Of a DNA stretch of 64,000 nucleotides, positions 1-8,711 are shown one piece after another. The stretch spans positions 90,327 through 154,326 of the forward strand of contig JASKLF010000005.1 of assembly GCA_030153785.1 (NCBI GenBank). The letters run 5' to 3'. The stretch comes from a bacterium (GTDB lineage: Bacteria; Synergistota; GBS-1). The notes under the pieces are model-generated. The model was not told the origin of the DNA, ran no database searches, and saw nothing but the letters and a program-made list of their open reading frames with translations. The first letter of the stretch is position 1, and each line of letters starts with the position of its first letter. The position numbers and the translations under genes were made by a program.

Positions 1-249
1 GGTTCCAGCTTCAAGTCCCGGCACAAGTTCTTTAACCTTAAGAAGTGTTCCAGAATGGTAGAAGTTCAGCTTTATCTTGCCTTCTCCTGCCACGTTAACA
101 TCATCTATAAATGCTTCTTCGGGAGGAAGAAGGTCCTTGTATCCGGGGGTAACGTGAGAGGCAACGTTCATGGATATAACTTTGGCTAAGGCGACGCTTG
201 CAAATACTGATATCAGTAGAAATGCCATTAATATGTAACTTTTCTTCAC
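1..249 (-). CDS. dctP: TRAP transporter substrate-binding protein DctP (5' part; runs off the window edge)
   Basis: Not in the ORF track. Manual translation from GTG at 249 (AGGAGG upstream): MKKSYILMAFLLISVFASVALA|KVISMNVASH...GEGKIKLNFYHSGTL. Signal peptide plus DctP-type 'G.iki..y.sg.L' motif; directly follows dctM. Confidence 0.85.
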   Translation of the reverse strand, partial: MKKSYILMAFLLISVFASVALAKVISMNVASHVTPGYKDLLPPEEAFIDDVNVAGEGKIKLNFYHSGTLLKVKELVPGLEAGT

Positions 250-265
250 CCTCCTTCACCTCCTT

Positions 266-1567
266 TCATCTCATTGTGCTTGGTAACCACAAGGCCAGAG
301 ATGGCCAGAATACAAACAAAAGAAGGCATAATATTTCTACTATTATGTATGGAGCCGTTCCCCTTATTATTTCATTTATGCTCAGGTCTTCCGCGATGCT
401 CTTTAAGGTGTAAAGGTTAAGTCCTACCGGAGGAGTTATCACCGCAATTTCTACGTTTAAGACCATAAGTATCCCAAACCATAGGGGGTCAAACCCTAAG
501 GCCTTGACGGCGGGAAGCATAATAGGCGTGGTCACAATTATCAATGAAGCTCCATCTATTATACAGCCTAAGAGGATTAAGACCCCCATGAATATTAGAA
601 TCACTCCTATTCCCGGAAGTTCCACGCTCGTTGCCCATCTTGCTACTCTTTCGGGCACCCTGACCAAGTTCAAAAATTGACTGAAGGTAAAGGCGCAGGC
701 TAAGATTATCAGCAAAGACGCGCTTATTCTTGCAGAGTTGGATAAAACGGTTAAGAGCTTTTTCCAGTTTAGCGTCCTGTAGATTAAGGTTATAAGCAAA
801 GCTCCTGCAACTCCTATAGATGCTGCCTCCGTTGGCGTTGCTATCCCAGTGTATATGGAACCTAAAACGAATATTATGAGTAAAAGGACCACCCATAGCC
901 TCCTTAGCGAGGCAATTTTTTCGCTTAGACTTACGCTTTCAAATTCTCTGGGGGCAAGCTTGGGGTCTCTAATGACCGTTAGAAGAACATATAAAGCCAT
1001 TGCCGTGGCGAGGATTAAACCGGGGACTATTCCACCTATGAACAGCTTTGCTACCGATTCTCCCGATAGGGAACCGTATAATATGAAGGATATGCTTGGG
1101 GGTATTAAGACCGCTAAGGCTCCCGGTGCGGCAACTGCTCCTGCGGCAAGCTTTTTATCGTATCCCCTTTTTAGCATTTCAGGTATGGCCATCGTTCCTA
1201 TTGCAGCGACACCGGCTATGCTAACTCCGCACATGGCTCCAAAGAGTGCACAGGAGTATATCGTAGCTATGGCCAATCCTCCTGGAACCCTATTAAGCCA
1301 CTTGCTAAAAGCGTTGTATATGTCCCTTCCTATTCCACTTACGAAGATAAGCTCGCCCATAAGTATATAAAGAGGTATTGCAACCAATATAAAGCTGAAA
1401 AGCTGGGATGTTATGGAAGCGGGTATTTGAAAGAGCCCCTTTGTTCCGCTTATAAGGTATATACCGAACGCGCCTGCAAGTCCTAAGGAAATGAAGATGG
1501 GAGTCCCCAGCGCCATGAATATCAGTAGCGTTCCTATGGCAAGGATTGTTACCGAGTCGAAACTCAT
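266..1567 (-). CDS. dctM: TRAP transporter large permease DctM
   Basis: 433 aa polytopic membrane protein with LVAIPLYILMG, LIPPSI, ATPTEA and ITPPVGLNL motifs. Confidence 0.95.
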   Translation of the reverse strand: MSFDSVTILAIGTLLIFMALGTPIFISLGLAGAFGIYLISGTKGLFQIPASITSQLFSFILVAIPLYILMGELIFVSGIGRDIYNAFSKWLNRVPGGLAIATIYSCALFGAMCGVSIAGVAAIGTMAIPEMLKRGYDKKLAAGAVAAPGALAVLIPPSISFILYGSLSGESVAKLFIGGIVPGLILATAMALYVLLTVIRDPKLAPREFESVSLSEKIASLRRLWVVLLLIIFVLGSIYTGIATPTEAASIGVAGALLITLIYRTLNWKKLLTVLSNSARISASLLIILACAFTFSQFLNLVRVPERVARWATSVELPGIGVILIFMGVLILLGCIIDGASLIIVTTPIMLPAVKALGFDPLWFGILMVLNVEIAVITPPVGLNLYTLKSIAEDLSINEIIRGTAPYIIVEILCLLLFVFWPSLALWLPSTMR

Positions 1568-2052
1568 GGATTTTCCCTCCTCGCTTCCCTAAGCTCATCA
1601 AGGAGTTTTACTATAAGCTGGATGCCCAGTGCTAACGCACCTAAGGGAAGGAAAATGTAAACCAAGAACAAAGGGGTTCTTAAAAGCGATGGCATTTTCA
1701 TTCCTTTAGAATATACGAGCCAGGTTGCTTTTCCACCTTCCCATGCTAAGATTGCTGTAAATATTAAGGCTATAGTTCTATTTATGATGTTAACTATTCT
1801 TCTTTTTCCTTCGGATAGCCAGTCGATGATAAGACTGAACTTTATGTGTTTATCGAGACGTTCAACCTCTGCTATGGCGAGAAAGGTTAACATAATTAGC
1901 ATAAGCTCCGTGACCTCCGTTGCCCAGTAGGGAGGCCTTCTAAAGAGGTAGCGCATTATAACCGAATAAAAAACCACCACTTGTATACCTGTGATTACGC
2001 CGATGGATAGCCAAAAGAGGAGTTTTGATATCATTTCGAGCTTTCTTCTCAT
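1564..2052 (-). CDS. dctQ: TRAP transporter small permease DctQ
   Basis: 162 aa, 4 TM; VIMRYLF..P.YWATE and HI motifs; overlaps the dctM start. Confidence 0.92.
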   Translation of the reverse strand: MRRKLEMISKLLFWLSIGVITGIQVVVFYSVIMRYLFRRPPYWATEVTELMLIMLTFLAIAEVERLDKHIKFSLIIDWLSEGKRRIVNIINRTIALIFTAILAWEGGKATWLVYSKGMKMPSLLRTPLFLVYIFLPLGALALGIQLIVKLLDELREARRENP

Positions 2053-2101
2053 TCAGCTCACTCGCTTTCCTAATGGGATTAAATGATAGACCCAATTACT
2101 A

Positions 2102-2776
2102 TTATATCATTTCATCTTCATTTAAAATTTCATAGGAGGGAAAAAGAAGCTTAAAAGACTCCAAATAGTGTTGCTTGACCTCACTTATCGGTGGGGCAAA
2201 TCCCTTTAGGCTTTTTATCGAAACCATATTAATTCCTGTAAGACCGCAAGGGGTTATTAAAAGAAAGTGTCTTAAGATGGGGTCCACATTGAAGGCCGTT
2301 CCATGATAGCTTATCCACTTCTTGCCGCTTCTTTTGATTCCTATTCCAATGGATGCTATCTTTCTTCTTTCATCTATCCATACGCCGGGATAACCATCTC
2401 TATGAATGGCTTTTATATCATATTTTTTAAGAACCATGATTATCGCCTCTTCGAGCTTCCATACATATTCCTTTACACTGCAATCTAAGGGGATTATAGG
2501 ATATAATATGAGCTGGCCTGGGCCATGGTAGGTTACATCTCCGCCTCTGTCGGTAAAAACAACCTTTATTCCCTCTCTTTTTAAGACTTCCTCAGGTGCG
2601 AGGATGTGCTCTTTCTTCGCCCTTCTTCCAAGCGTGAAAACGGGCGTATGTTCTAAAAGGAGAAGGAAACCTATACCCTCTTTTTCCGATCTTTCTAAAA
2701 GCGTTTTCTGAAGCTTAAAGCATTCTTCGTAATCCTTTGGTTCCTTAAAATCTATCAGGTAAATCTTTGCTTTCAT
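2102..2776 (-). CDS. lipB: Lipoyl(octanoyl) transferase LipB
   Basis: EHTPVFTLG, DRGGDVTYHGPGQL, RKIASIG, HG.AFNV and ITPCG motifs. Confidence 0.93.
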   Translation of the reverse strand: MKAKIYLIDFKEPKDYEECFKLQKTLLERSEKEGIGFLLLLEHTPVFTLGRRAKKEHILAPEEVLKREGIKVVFTDRGGDVTYHGPGQLILYPIIPLDCSVKEYVWKLEEAIIMVLKKYDIKAIHRDGYPGVWIDERRKIASIGIGIKRSGKKWISYHGTAFNVDPILRHFLLITPCGLTGINMVSIKSLKGFAPPISEVKQHYLESFKLLFPSYEILNEDEMI

Positions 2777-3333
2777 GGTCTAACCAGAAGGGGATTTAAC
2801 GAATCTATCTTGGCTAAAGATACCACTTTGTAGTTTTTGAGCGTCTCTCTTCCCCTTTGAAAGGTTTTTTCTATACATATACCTATGCCTACAACCTTTC
2901 CCCTTGCTTCTTCAATCATTTCGCATAACGCTTTTATCGTCTCCCCCGTTGCCAGAAAGTCGTCAATGATTAACACCTTTTCTCCTTCCCTTATATAGTC
3001 TCCAGAAAGAGAGATGGTAATCTCGTTAAGCTTTGTTCTCGATGTTATCTTTCTTTCAAAAACTTTTCCGCATAAAGTAATGGGCTTTCTCTTCCTCGCA
3101 AAGATAAGGGGGATTCCTAACGATAAGGCAGTAAATAAAGCTGGGGAGATCCCTGAAGACTCAACCGTTAATACTAAGGAAGGGTTTTCCTCCTTAAATA
3201 TTTCGGCAAACCTTTCCCCGATTTTTTTAAGAAGGGCTGGGTCTACCCTGTGATTTAGAAAGCTGTCTACCTTAAGGATATTCTCTCCTATAACCCTGCC
3301 CTCTCTTTTGATTCTTTCGATGAGCTCTTCCAT
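2773..3333 (-). CDS. xpt: Xanthine phosphoribosyltransferase
   Basis: KVDSFLNH N-terminal signature; PRPP loop IIDDFLATG; IEKTFQ.GR. Confidence 0.92.
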   Translation of the reverse strand: MEELIERIKREGRVIGENILKVDSFLNHRVDPALLKKIGERFAEIFKEENPSLVLTVESSGISPALFTALSLGIPLIFARKRKPITLCGKVFERKITSRTKLNEITISLSGDYIREGEKVLIIDDFLATGETIKALCEMIEEARGKVVGIGICIEKTFQRGRETLKNYKVVSLAKIDSLNPLLVRP

Positions 3334-3341
3334 GATAAAAA

Positions 3342-3350
3342 ATTATAACA
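3342..3350 (-). promoter_or_regulatory. Extended -10 promoter (TGnTATAAT) for xpt-lipB, probably a leaderless transcript
   Basis: TGTTATAAT lies 8 nt upstream of the xpt ATG, with no Shine-Dalgarno in between. Confidence 0.6.
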
Positions 3351-3365
3351 TGGCCATAGATATTG

Positions 3366-3394
3366 TTGAAGCCGGATATGGGCTGTAGTAAAAT
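3366..3394 (+). promoter_or_regulatory. Sigma70-type promoter ahead of the half-EAL ORF and glycerate kinase
   Basis: TTGAAG-N17-TAAAAT. Confidence 0.5.
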
Positions 3395-3416
3395 GATTTA
3401 AAAAGCTCTGTAAGTC

Positions 3417-3722
3417 TTGAGGGGGGGGCTTATAAGGTTGGCAATAGATGATTTTGGAAGCGGATTCTCCTCGTTCCTTTATATAAGGTATCTTGACGCT
3501 TACTTCGTTAAGATAGCGGGTAATCTTATTCGTGAGATAACGGTGAGCGCGAGGGCAAAGATGCTCGTTGAAAGCCTCACGAGTTTCTTCAAAGGTAGGT
3601 CTATAGAGGTTATAGCTGAGCATATCGAAAATGCTGAAATAGCCGATGTTCTTAGGAGAATGGGAGTTCAATATGGTCAGGGATTTTACTTTGGGAAACC
3701 GTCTCCAAATCCGGGGACTTAG
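3417..3722 (+). CDS. Stand-alone C-terminal half of an EAL domain (mini-protein or pseudogene remnant; alternative TTG start at 3438)
   Basis: AIDDFGSGFSS, FVKIAG, VIAEHIE, QGFYFGKP. The N-terminal half with the EAL motif is absent, and there is no room for it before the divergent xpt. Confidence 0.75.
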   Translation: MRGGLIRLAIDDFGSGFSSFLYIRYLDAYFVKIAGNLIREITVSARAKMLVESLTSFFKGRSIEVIAEHIENAEIADVLRRMGVQYGQGFYFGKPSPNPGT

Positions 3723-3727
3723 GGTAG

Positions 3728-5014
3728 GTGGTTGACGTGGATTTGAGAAAGGACCTTTTTGAGGTGGTAAATTTTGCCATCAAAAGGGTTTTGCCTGAGG
3801 AGTCTGTTAAAAATGTGATAGAAAGGGAATGTATAGATGAGCTTGATAACTTGTATCTCGTGGCTATAGGTAAGGCTGCTTGGAGAATGGCAAAGGCTGC
3901 TAAGGAGAAGCTCGGGAGTAAGATTAAAGGGGGAGTGGTTATTACGAAATACAAGCATTCCCTCGGGGAGATAGAGGGTCTGGAGATTTTCGAAGCGGGA
4001 CATCCCCTGCCAGATGAGAACACCTTGAAGGCGACCGGGAAAGCGGTAGAGCTTGTAAGCTCTTTGGGGAAGGAAGATAAAATTCTCTTTTTGGTCTCCG
4101 GTGGAGGCTCCGCCTTGTTTGAGCTCCCTATGGAAGGAATTTCTCTGGAGGATTTAAAGACGGTTAACGAGCTTCTTTTGAAATCGGGTGCGGATATTGT
4201 AGAGATGAACACCGTTAGAAAACATATATCGAAGGTTAAGGGAGGGAGATTTGCTCAACTTGCGTTTCCCGCTTATGTGTATTCTTTGATTTTATCGGAT
4301 GTTTTGGGTGACCGTCTTGACTCAATAGCCTCTGGGCCTGCTTACCCTGATGAGACGACCTATGAAGATGCCTTAAGGGTTATAGAGAAGTATGCTCTTT
4401 ATGAAAAGATGCCCCCCTCTGTTATAGAAGTTCTTGAAAGGGGAAGAAGGGGAGAGATTCCCGAAACACCCAAGGAGCTCCTTAATGTTAAGAGCGTAAT
4501 AATAGGGAGCGTTAGTCTTGCGTGCAGATACGCCGTGGAGAGAGCCAAAGAGCTTGGATACAATACCCTGTTTTTGACCTCCACGCTTAGTTGTGAGGCC
4601 TCTGAGGCAGGAAGGTTTATTGCTGAGATTTTAAAGGAGGTTAAAAGGTCGTCAAACCCTATAGCTCCACCCTGTATGATAGTTTTGGGTGGGGAAACGG
4701 TGGTTCATGTGAAGGGAAATGGTAAGGGGGGAAGAGCTCAAGAGCTTGCCTTGTCGGTAGCGATAGCCATTAGAGGGGAAAATCGCATTGCTCTGATTTC
4801 TGCAGGCACCGATGGGACCGATGGCCCCACCGATGCCGCAGGTGGCCTTGTAGATGGGGAAAGCTTTAACAGAATGGTATCTCAAGGCGTTAATCCGGAA
4901 GAAGCTCTTTCCAACAATGATTCTTATAACGCCTTAAAGGCGAGTGGAGATTTGGTTATAACCGGTCCCACGGGGACAAACGTCAATGACATAATAGTGG
5001 GTGCTGTCATTTGA
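3728..5014 (+). CDS. Glycerate 2-kinase (MOFRL/TtuD family)
   Basis: VAIGKAA, AGHPLPD, LVSGGGSAL, IASGP, GGET.V, GTDGTDGPTDAAG, TGTNVND. Confidence 0.93.
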   Translation: MVDVDLRKDLFEVVNFAIKRVLPEESVKNVIERECIDELDNLYLVAIGKAAWRMAKAAKEKLGSKIKGGVVITKYKHSLGEIEGLEIFEAGHPLPDENTLKATGKAVELVSSLGKEDKILFLVSGGGSALFELPMEGISLEDLKTVNELLLKSGADIVEMNTVRKHISKVKGGRFAQLAFPAYVYSLILSDVLGDRLDSIASGPAYPDETTYEDALRVIEKYALYEKMPPSVIEVLERGRRGEIPETPKELLNVKSVIIGSVSLACRYAVERAKELGYNTLFLTSTLSCEASEAGRFIAEILKEVKRSSNPIAPPCMIVLGGETVVHVKGNGKGGRAQELALSVAIAIRGENRIALISAGTDGTDGPTDAAGGLVDGESFNRMVSQGVNPEEALSNNDSYNALKASGDLVITGPTGTNVNDIIVGAVI

Positions 5015-6041
5015 GAATAGGCTCTCCGTTGTAGGTTATCGATTTTATCAGCTTTTCGGCTTTTTCAACGGCTATTTGAGGCAAAGGCGAATATGAAAGC
5101 TCGGAAGCGTATTTTTGCCCATCATGGATTATCCACCACAGGAGTTTTACAAGCTCCTCTGCCTTCTGGAGGGGTCTTCCTCCATAGTTTTGCTCCTTAT
5201 AAACTATTATCCATGTAAAACTGCTTAAGGGGTATCCCTCGGGAGAGCTGGTCTCGGTTAAGTCTACTATCGTGCTTTCAGGTATTTCCATATTCGCAGC
5301 GGCTGTAACGGTTTCAACGGAAGGCTTAACGAAGTTTCCACTTTTGTTCTCTATCAAGGCAAAAGGTATTTCGCTTTGAGTTGCATATACGAACTCTATG
5401 TATCCTATGCTTCCGGGGATTTGCTTTATAAGTCCCGCTACGCCGGGATTGCCTTTTCCTCCTATTCCGGTTGGCCACTTAAGGGATTTTCCCACACCAA
5501 CCTTTTCTTTCCACTCTTCGCTTACCTTGCTTAAGTATTGGCTGAATATGTATGTGCTTCCGCTACCGTCAGACCTGTAAACGACGGTAATATTCATCTT
5601 GGGTAGTTTGATATCCGGATTTAGTTTTGCTATTTCGGGGTCGTTCCACTTTTTAATTTTTCCTAAATATATGTCAGCAATGACTTTACCTGTAAGCTTT
5701 AACTCGTTTACTCCCGGGAGATTGTAGGCCAAAACAAGTGCTCCTAAACAAGTGGGAATGTGAAGAACGGGCGCACCCGCATCTTCAAGCTCCCTTTCCG
5801 TTAATGGAGAGTCGGTTGCTCCAAAATCCACGGTTTTATTGATGAGTTGCCTTATCCCTCCTCCAGAGCCAATGGCTTGATAGTTAACCTTTACGCCGGT
5901 TTCATTGTGGTAAACCGAAAATAGCTTTGAGTATAGAGGATAGGGGAAGGTAGCTCCAGCACCTATAAGCTCAACGCCTTTTGCCTCGGAAACGGGTATT
6001 ACTAATAGGAGAAATGCCAAAAAGACCCTCAAAATCTTCAT
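5007..6041 (-). CDS. pstS: Phosphate ABC transporter substrate-binding protein PstS
   Basis: GAGATFPYPLY, GSGGGI, VDFGATD, RSDGSGST, GGKGNPGV, YP..FTW; signal peptide without lipobox. Confidence 0.95.
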   Translation of the reverse strand: MKILRVFLAFLLLVIPVSEAKGVELIGAGATFPYPLYSKLFSVYHNETGVKVNYQAIGSGGGIRQLINKTVDFGATDSPLTERELEDAGAPVLHIPTCLGALVLAYNLPGVNELKLTGKVIADIYLGKIKKWNDPEIAKLNPDIKLPKMNITVVYRSDGSGSTYIFSQYLSKVSEEWKEKVGVGKSLKWPTGIGGKGNPGVAGLIKQIPGSIGYIEFVYATQSEIPFALIENKSGNFVKPSVETVTAAANMEIPESTIVDLTETSSPEGYPLSSFTWIIVYKEQNYGGRPLQKAEELVKLLWWIIHDGQKYASELSYSPLPQIAVEKAEKLIKSITYNGEPILK

Positions 6042-6056
6042 TCCTCTTCTCCTCCC

Positions 6057-6109
6057 TTGACATAATATTCTTAAGGCTTATATTATCATAGGGTACCCTT
6101 CTAAATCAA
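6057..6109. promoter_or_regulatory. Overlapping divergent promoters for pstS (-) and the CHR pair (+)
   Basis: + strand TTGACA(6057)-N16-TATATT; - strand TTGATT(6109-6104)-N16-GATAAT(6087-6082). Confidence 0.45.
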
Positions 6110-6130
6110 TCTTTGTAAGGGGGTTTTGGC

Positions 6131-6682
6131 TTGGACAAAAGTCCTTCCGTGTTCAGAATATTCCTTACCACCCTAAGAATAGGGAGCTTTACCTTCGGCG
6201 GGGGTTGGGCTATGATTCCTCTTATCAGGGAGGAGCTCGTTAAAAAAAGAAGGTGGTTGAGCGAAGAGGAGTTTTTCGACATAGTCTCCATAGCTCAAAG
6301 CTTTCCCGGTCCCATCATGGTAAATGTTTCGGTTATGTGTGGGAGATGCCTTTTGGGAATTAGGGGAGCCATTGCAGGTCTGTTGGGGTCTATCCTTCCC
6401 TCGCTTGTGGTTGTTCTTATTATAGTTAGTATGCTTACGAAGTTTGGGGAAAGATCCTATATTAAGTCTTTTTTGAGGGGAATGAGGCCAGCCTTATTTG
6501 CTGTTTTGGTTTATGCTTTATATAGTATGAGGGGCTCAGTTAGGGGAAGCAAAGTTTCAATGGCCATAGCGATTTTAGCCTTTTTATCCCTTTCTTTTTT
6601 GGGGATAAACCCTTTTCTTGTGATCGCGGGTGGTGCTGTCTTCGGAATATTATTTTACATTTTAAGGGAGAGATTTAGTTGA
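6131..6682 (+). CDS. Short-chain chromate ion transporter (CHR) subunit 1
   Basis: IGSFTFGGG.AMIPLI, AQSFPGP motifs. Confidence 0.9.
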   Translation: MDKSPSVFRIFLTTLRIGSFTFGGGWAMIPLIREELVKKRRWLSEEEFFDIVSIAQSFPGPIMVNVSVMCGRCLLGIRGAIAGLLGSILPSLVVVLIIVSMLTKFGERSYIKSFLRGMRPALFAVLVYALYSMRGSVRGSKVSMAIAILAFLSLSFLGINPFLVIAGGAVFGILFYILRERFS

Positions 6683-7200
6683 AGCTTTTGGAGCTATCCT
6701 TTTCTTTCGTTATTATAGGTATGGTGGGGTTTGGCGGTGGCTATAGTATTTTAAAGGTAATGATGCATGAACTTGTAGATGTGAGGGGATGGATATCCCT
6801 TGACGAGTTTCTCGATGTAGTTGCCATATCTCAATCTACGCCTGGGCCGATAGCGTTAAATGCCGCTACCTTCGTGGGATACAAAGTTGAAGGCGTTTTG
6901 GGAAGCGTTTTAGCAACGTTTGCTGTTGTTTTGGTTCCATTTCTTCTAAGCTACTTTTTGGGTAATTATATGTTTAGGAATAGGGATAAGGGGCTTTTTT
7001 CTGGGATGCTTTTGGGTCTTAGACCTGTAGCCCTGGCGTTAGTTGCATCGGCTGCCTATTCCTTTGCTCCATTGATTTTGCTTAGCCCGTTTCAGGCCTT
7101 TATAGCCTTGGTATCTTTATTTCTCCTTTTTAAGTTTAAGCTTGACCCCATATTACTTTTGCTTTCCTGCGGTCTACTTGGGGTTGTGTTTAGGTTTTGA
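6679..7200 (+). CDS. Short-chain chromate ion transporter (CHR) subunit 2
   Basis: GFGGGY, SQSTPGPI.LN.ATFVG, GLRP; coupled to subunit 1. Confidence 0.9.
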   Translation: MKLLELSFSFVIIGMVGFGGGYSILKVMMHELVDVRGWISLDEFLDVVAISQSTPGPIALNAATFVGYKVEGVLGSVLATFAVVLVPFLLSYFLGNYMFRNRDKGLFSGMLLGLRPVALALVASAAYSFAPLILLSPFQAFIALVSLFLLFKFKLDPILLLLSCGLLGVVFRF

Positions 7201-7202
7201 TT

Positions 7203-7940
7203 CTATGCCTTTTCTCTCTTTATCTCTCCGAGGTAGCTTTTTAAAAGTTCCTCCTTTTGGAGAAGCTCTTTTGACGTCCCTTCAAGGACCACCCTTCCCG
7301 TTTGAAGAACGTATCCCCTGTGGGATATGTTTAACGCTTGTTTTGCGTTTTGCTCTACCAGTAAAATCGTGACACCCTCCTCGTTAATTCTCTTTAGCTC
7401 CTTAAATATCTCTTTGACCAAAACCGGTGCAAGCCCCAAGGACGGTTCGTCGAGGAGGAGAATTTTGGGTCTTCTCATAAGCCCACGGCCTATGGCGAGC
7501 ATCTGCTGTTCTCCACCGGAAAGGGTTCCTGCAAGTTGGCTTTCTCTCTCTTTAAGTCTTGGGAAAAGGGAGTAAACCCAATTGAGGTCCCTTTCTATCC
7601 CTTCCCTGTCCTTCCTCGGAAAGGCTCCCATAAGAAGGTTTTCATATACCGTAAGGTTTGCGAAAACTCTTCTTCCCTCGGGAACAAGTGTCAGCCCTCT
7701 TTCAACCACTTCATAGGTCTTTTGGGGGAGAGGTTTTCCCTCAAATAGAATCGCTCCGCTTTCTTTTTTTACCTCTCCCATTATAGCTTTAAGCAGTGTG
7801 CTTTTGCCCGCGCCGTTTGCTCCAACTACGCAGACTATTTCTCCTCTTTTAACCTCTAGATTGATTCCCAGAAGCGCCCTTATTGCCCCGTAACTCACCC
7901 TTAGGTCTTTTACCTCAAGTATATAATTCATGTCTTTCAC
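7203..7940 (-). CDS. livF: Branched-chain amino acid ABC ATPase LivF
   Basis: GANGAGKST, VPEGRRVF, LSGGEQQM, DEPSLGLAP. Confidence 0.93.
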   Translation of the reverse strand: MKDMNYILEVKDLRVSYGAIRALLGINLEVKRGEIVCVVGANGAGKSTLLKAIMGEVKKESGAILFEGKPLPQKTYEVVERGLTLVPEGRRVFANLTVYENLLMGAFPRKDREGIERDLNWVYSLFPRLKERESQLAGTLSGGEQQMLAIGRGLMRRPKILLLDEPSLGLAPVLVKEIFKELKRINEEGVTILLVEQNAKQALNISHRGYVLQTGRVVLEGTSKELLQKEELLKSYLGEIKREKA

Positions 7941-7943
7941 CTT

Positions 7944-8711
7944 TTAAGCCTCCTCGCCAAGGTAAGCTTTTATTACTTCCGGATGATTCATTACTTCCTC
8001 TGGAGTTCCTTCCGCTATCTTCTTTCCAAAGTTCATACATATTATATGTGGACAGACTTCTACTATCAGGTCCATGTGATGTTCTATTACAAGCGTCGTT
8101 AGGTTAAATTCCTTGTGAATGGCTACGATGAGCTCGCTCAGTTCCGCTACCTCTTCGGGATTCATGCCGGCGGCAGGTTCATCGAGAAGCAATAAGGTTG
8201 GTTTTAATGCAAGGGCTCTTGCTATTTCAAGCCTTCTCTGGTATCCATAAGGGAGGGTTCCCGCTGGTTGATAAGCTCTGTCTTTGAGATTTAACTTTTC
8301 CAGGTAATACATGCTTTCTTCTACTATCCTTTTCTCATAGGAACGCCACCTGCCAAGGTGAAAACAGGCTTCGATGAAGGAGTATGAAAAGTGGTTTTGG
8401 CAGGCCGTCATCACATTTTCAAGGGCTGTAGCCCTCGGGAAAAGGCGCAGGTTTTGAAAGGTCCTACCGATACCTTTCCTCACTATTTCGTAACTTTTTA
8501 GCGCGGTTATATCTTCCCCATTAAAGTAAATCTTTCCTTCATCTATGGGGTAGATACCTGTTACTAAGTTAAATATCGTCGTTTTCCCGGCACCGTTGGG
8601 TCCTATTAGACCGGCGAGTTCTCCTCGCTTTAGCTCCATAGAGAAATCTTTGACCGCCTCTAAGCCCCCAAATTTCTTGGTTACGCTTTTAAGCTCTAAG
8701 AGTTTTTCCAT
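7944..8711 (-). CDS. livG: Branched-chain amino acid ABC ATPase LivG
   Basis: GPNGAGKTT, RTFQN.RLF, LPYG.QRRLEIARA, DEPAAGMN, AYLG. Confidence 0.93.
   Translation of the reverse strand: MEKLLELKSVTKKFGGLEAVKDFSMELKRGELAGLIGPNGAGKTTIFNLVTGIYPIDEGKIYFNGEDITALKSYEIVRKGIGRTFQNLRLFPRATALENVMTACQNHFSYSFIEACFHLGRWRSYEKRIVEESMYYLEKLNLKDRAYQPAGTLPYGYQRRLEIARALALKPTLLLLDEPAAGMNPEEVAELSELIVAIHKEFNLTTLVIEHHMDLIVEVCPHIICMNFGKKIAEGTPEEVMNHPEVIKAYLGEEA

Noticed and set aside
3334..3420. Purine riboswitch upstream of xpt
   Set aside because: No purine-aptamer core is visible, and the -10 sits only 8 nt from the ATG, leaving no leader.
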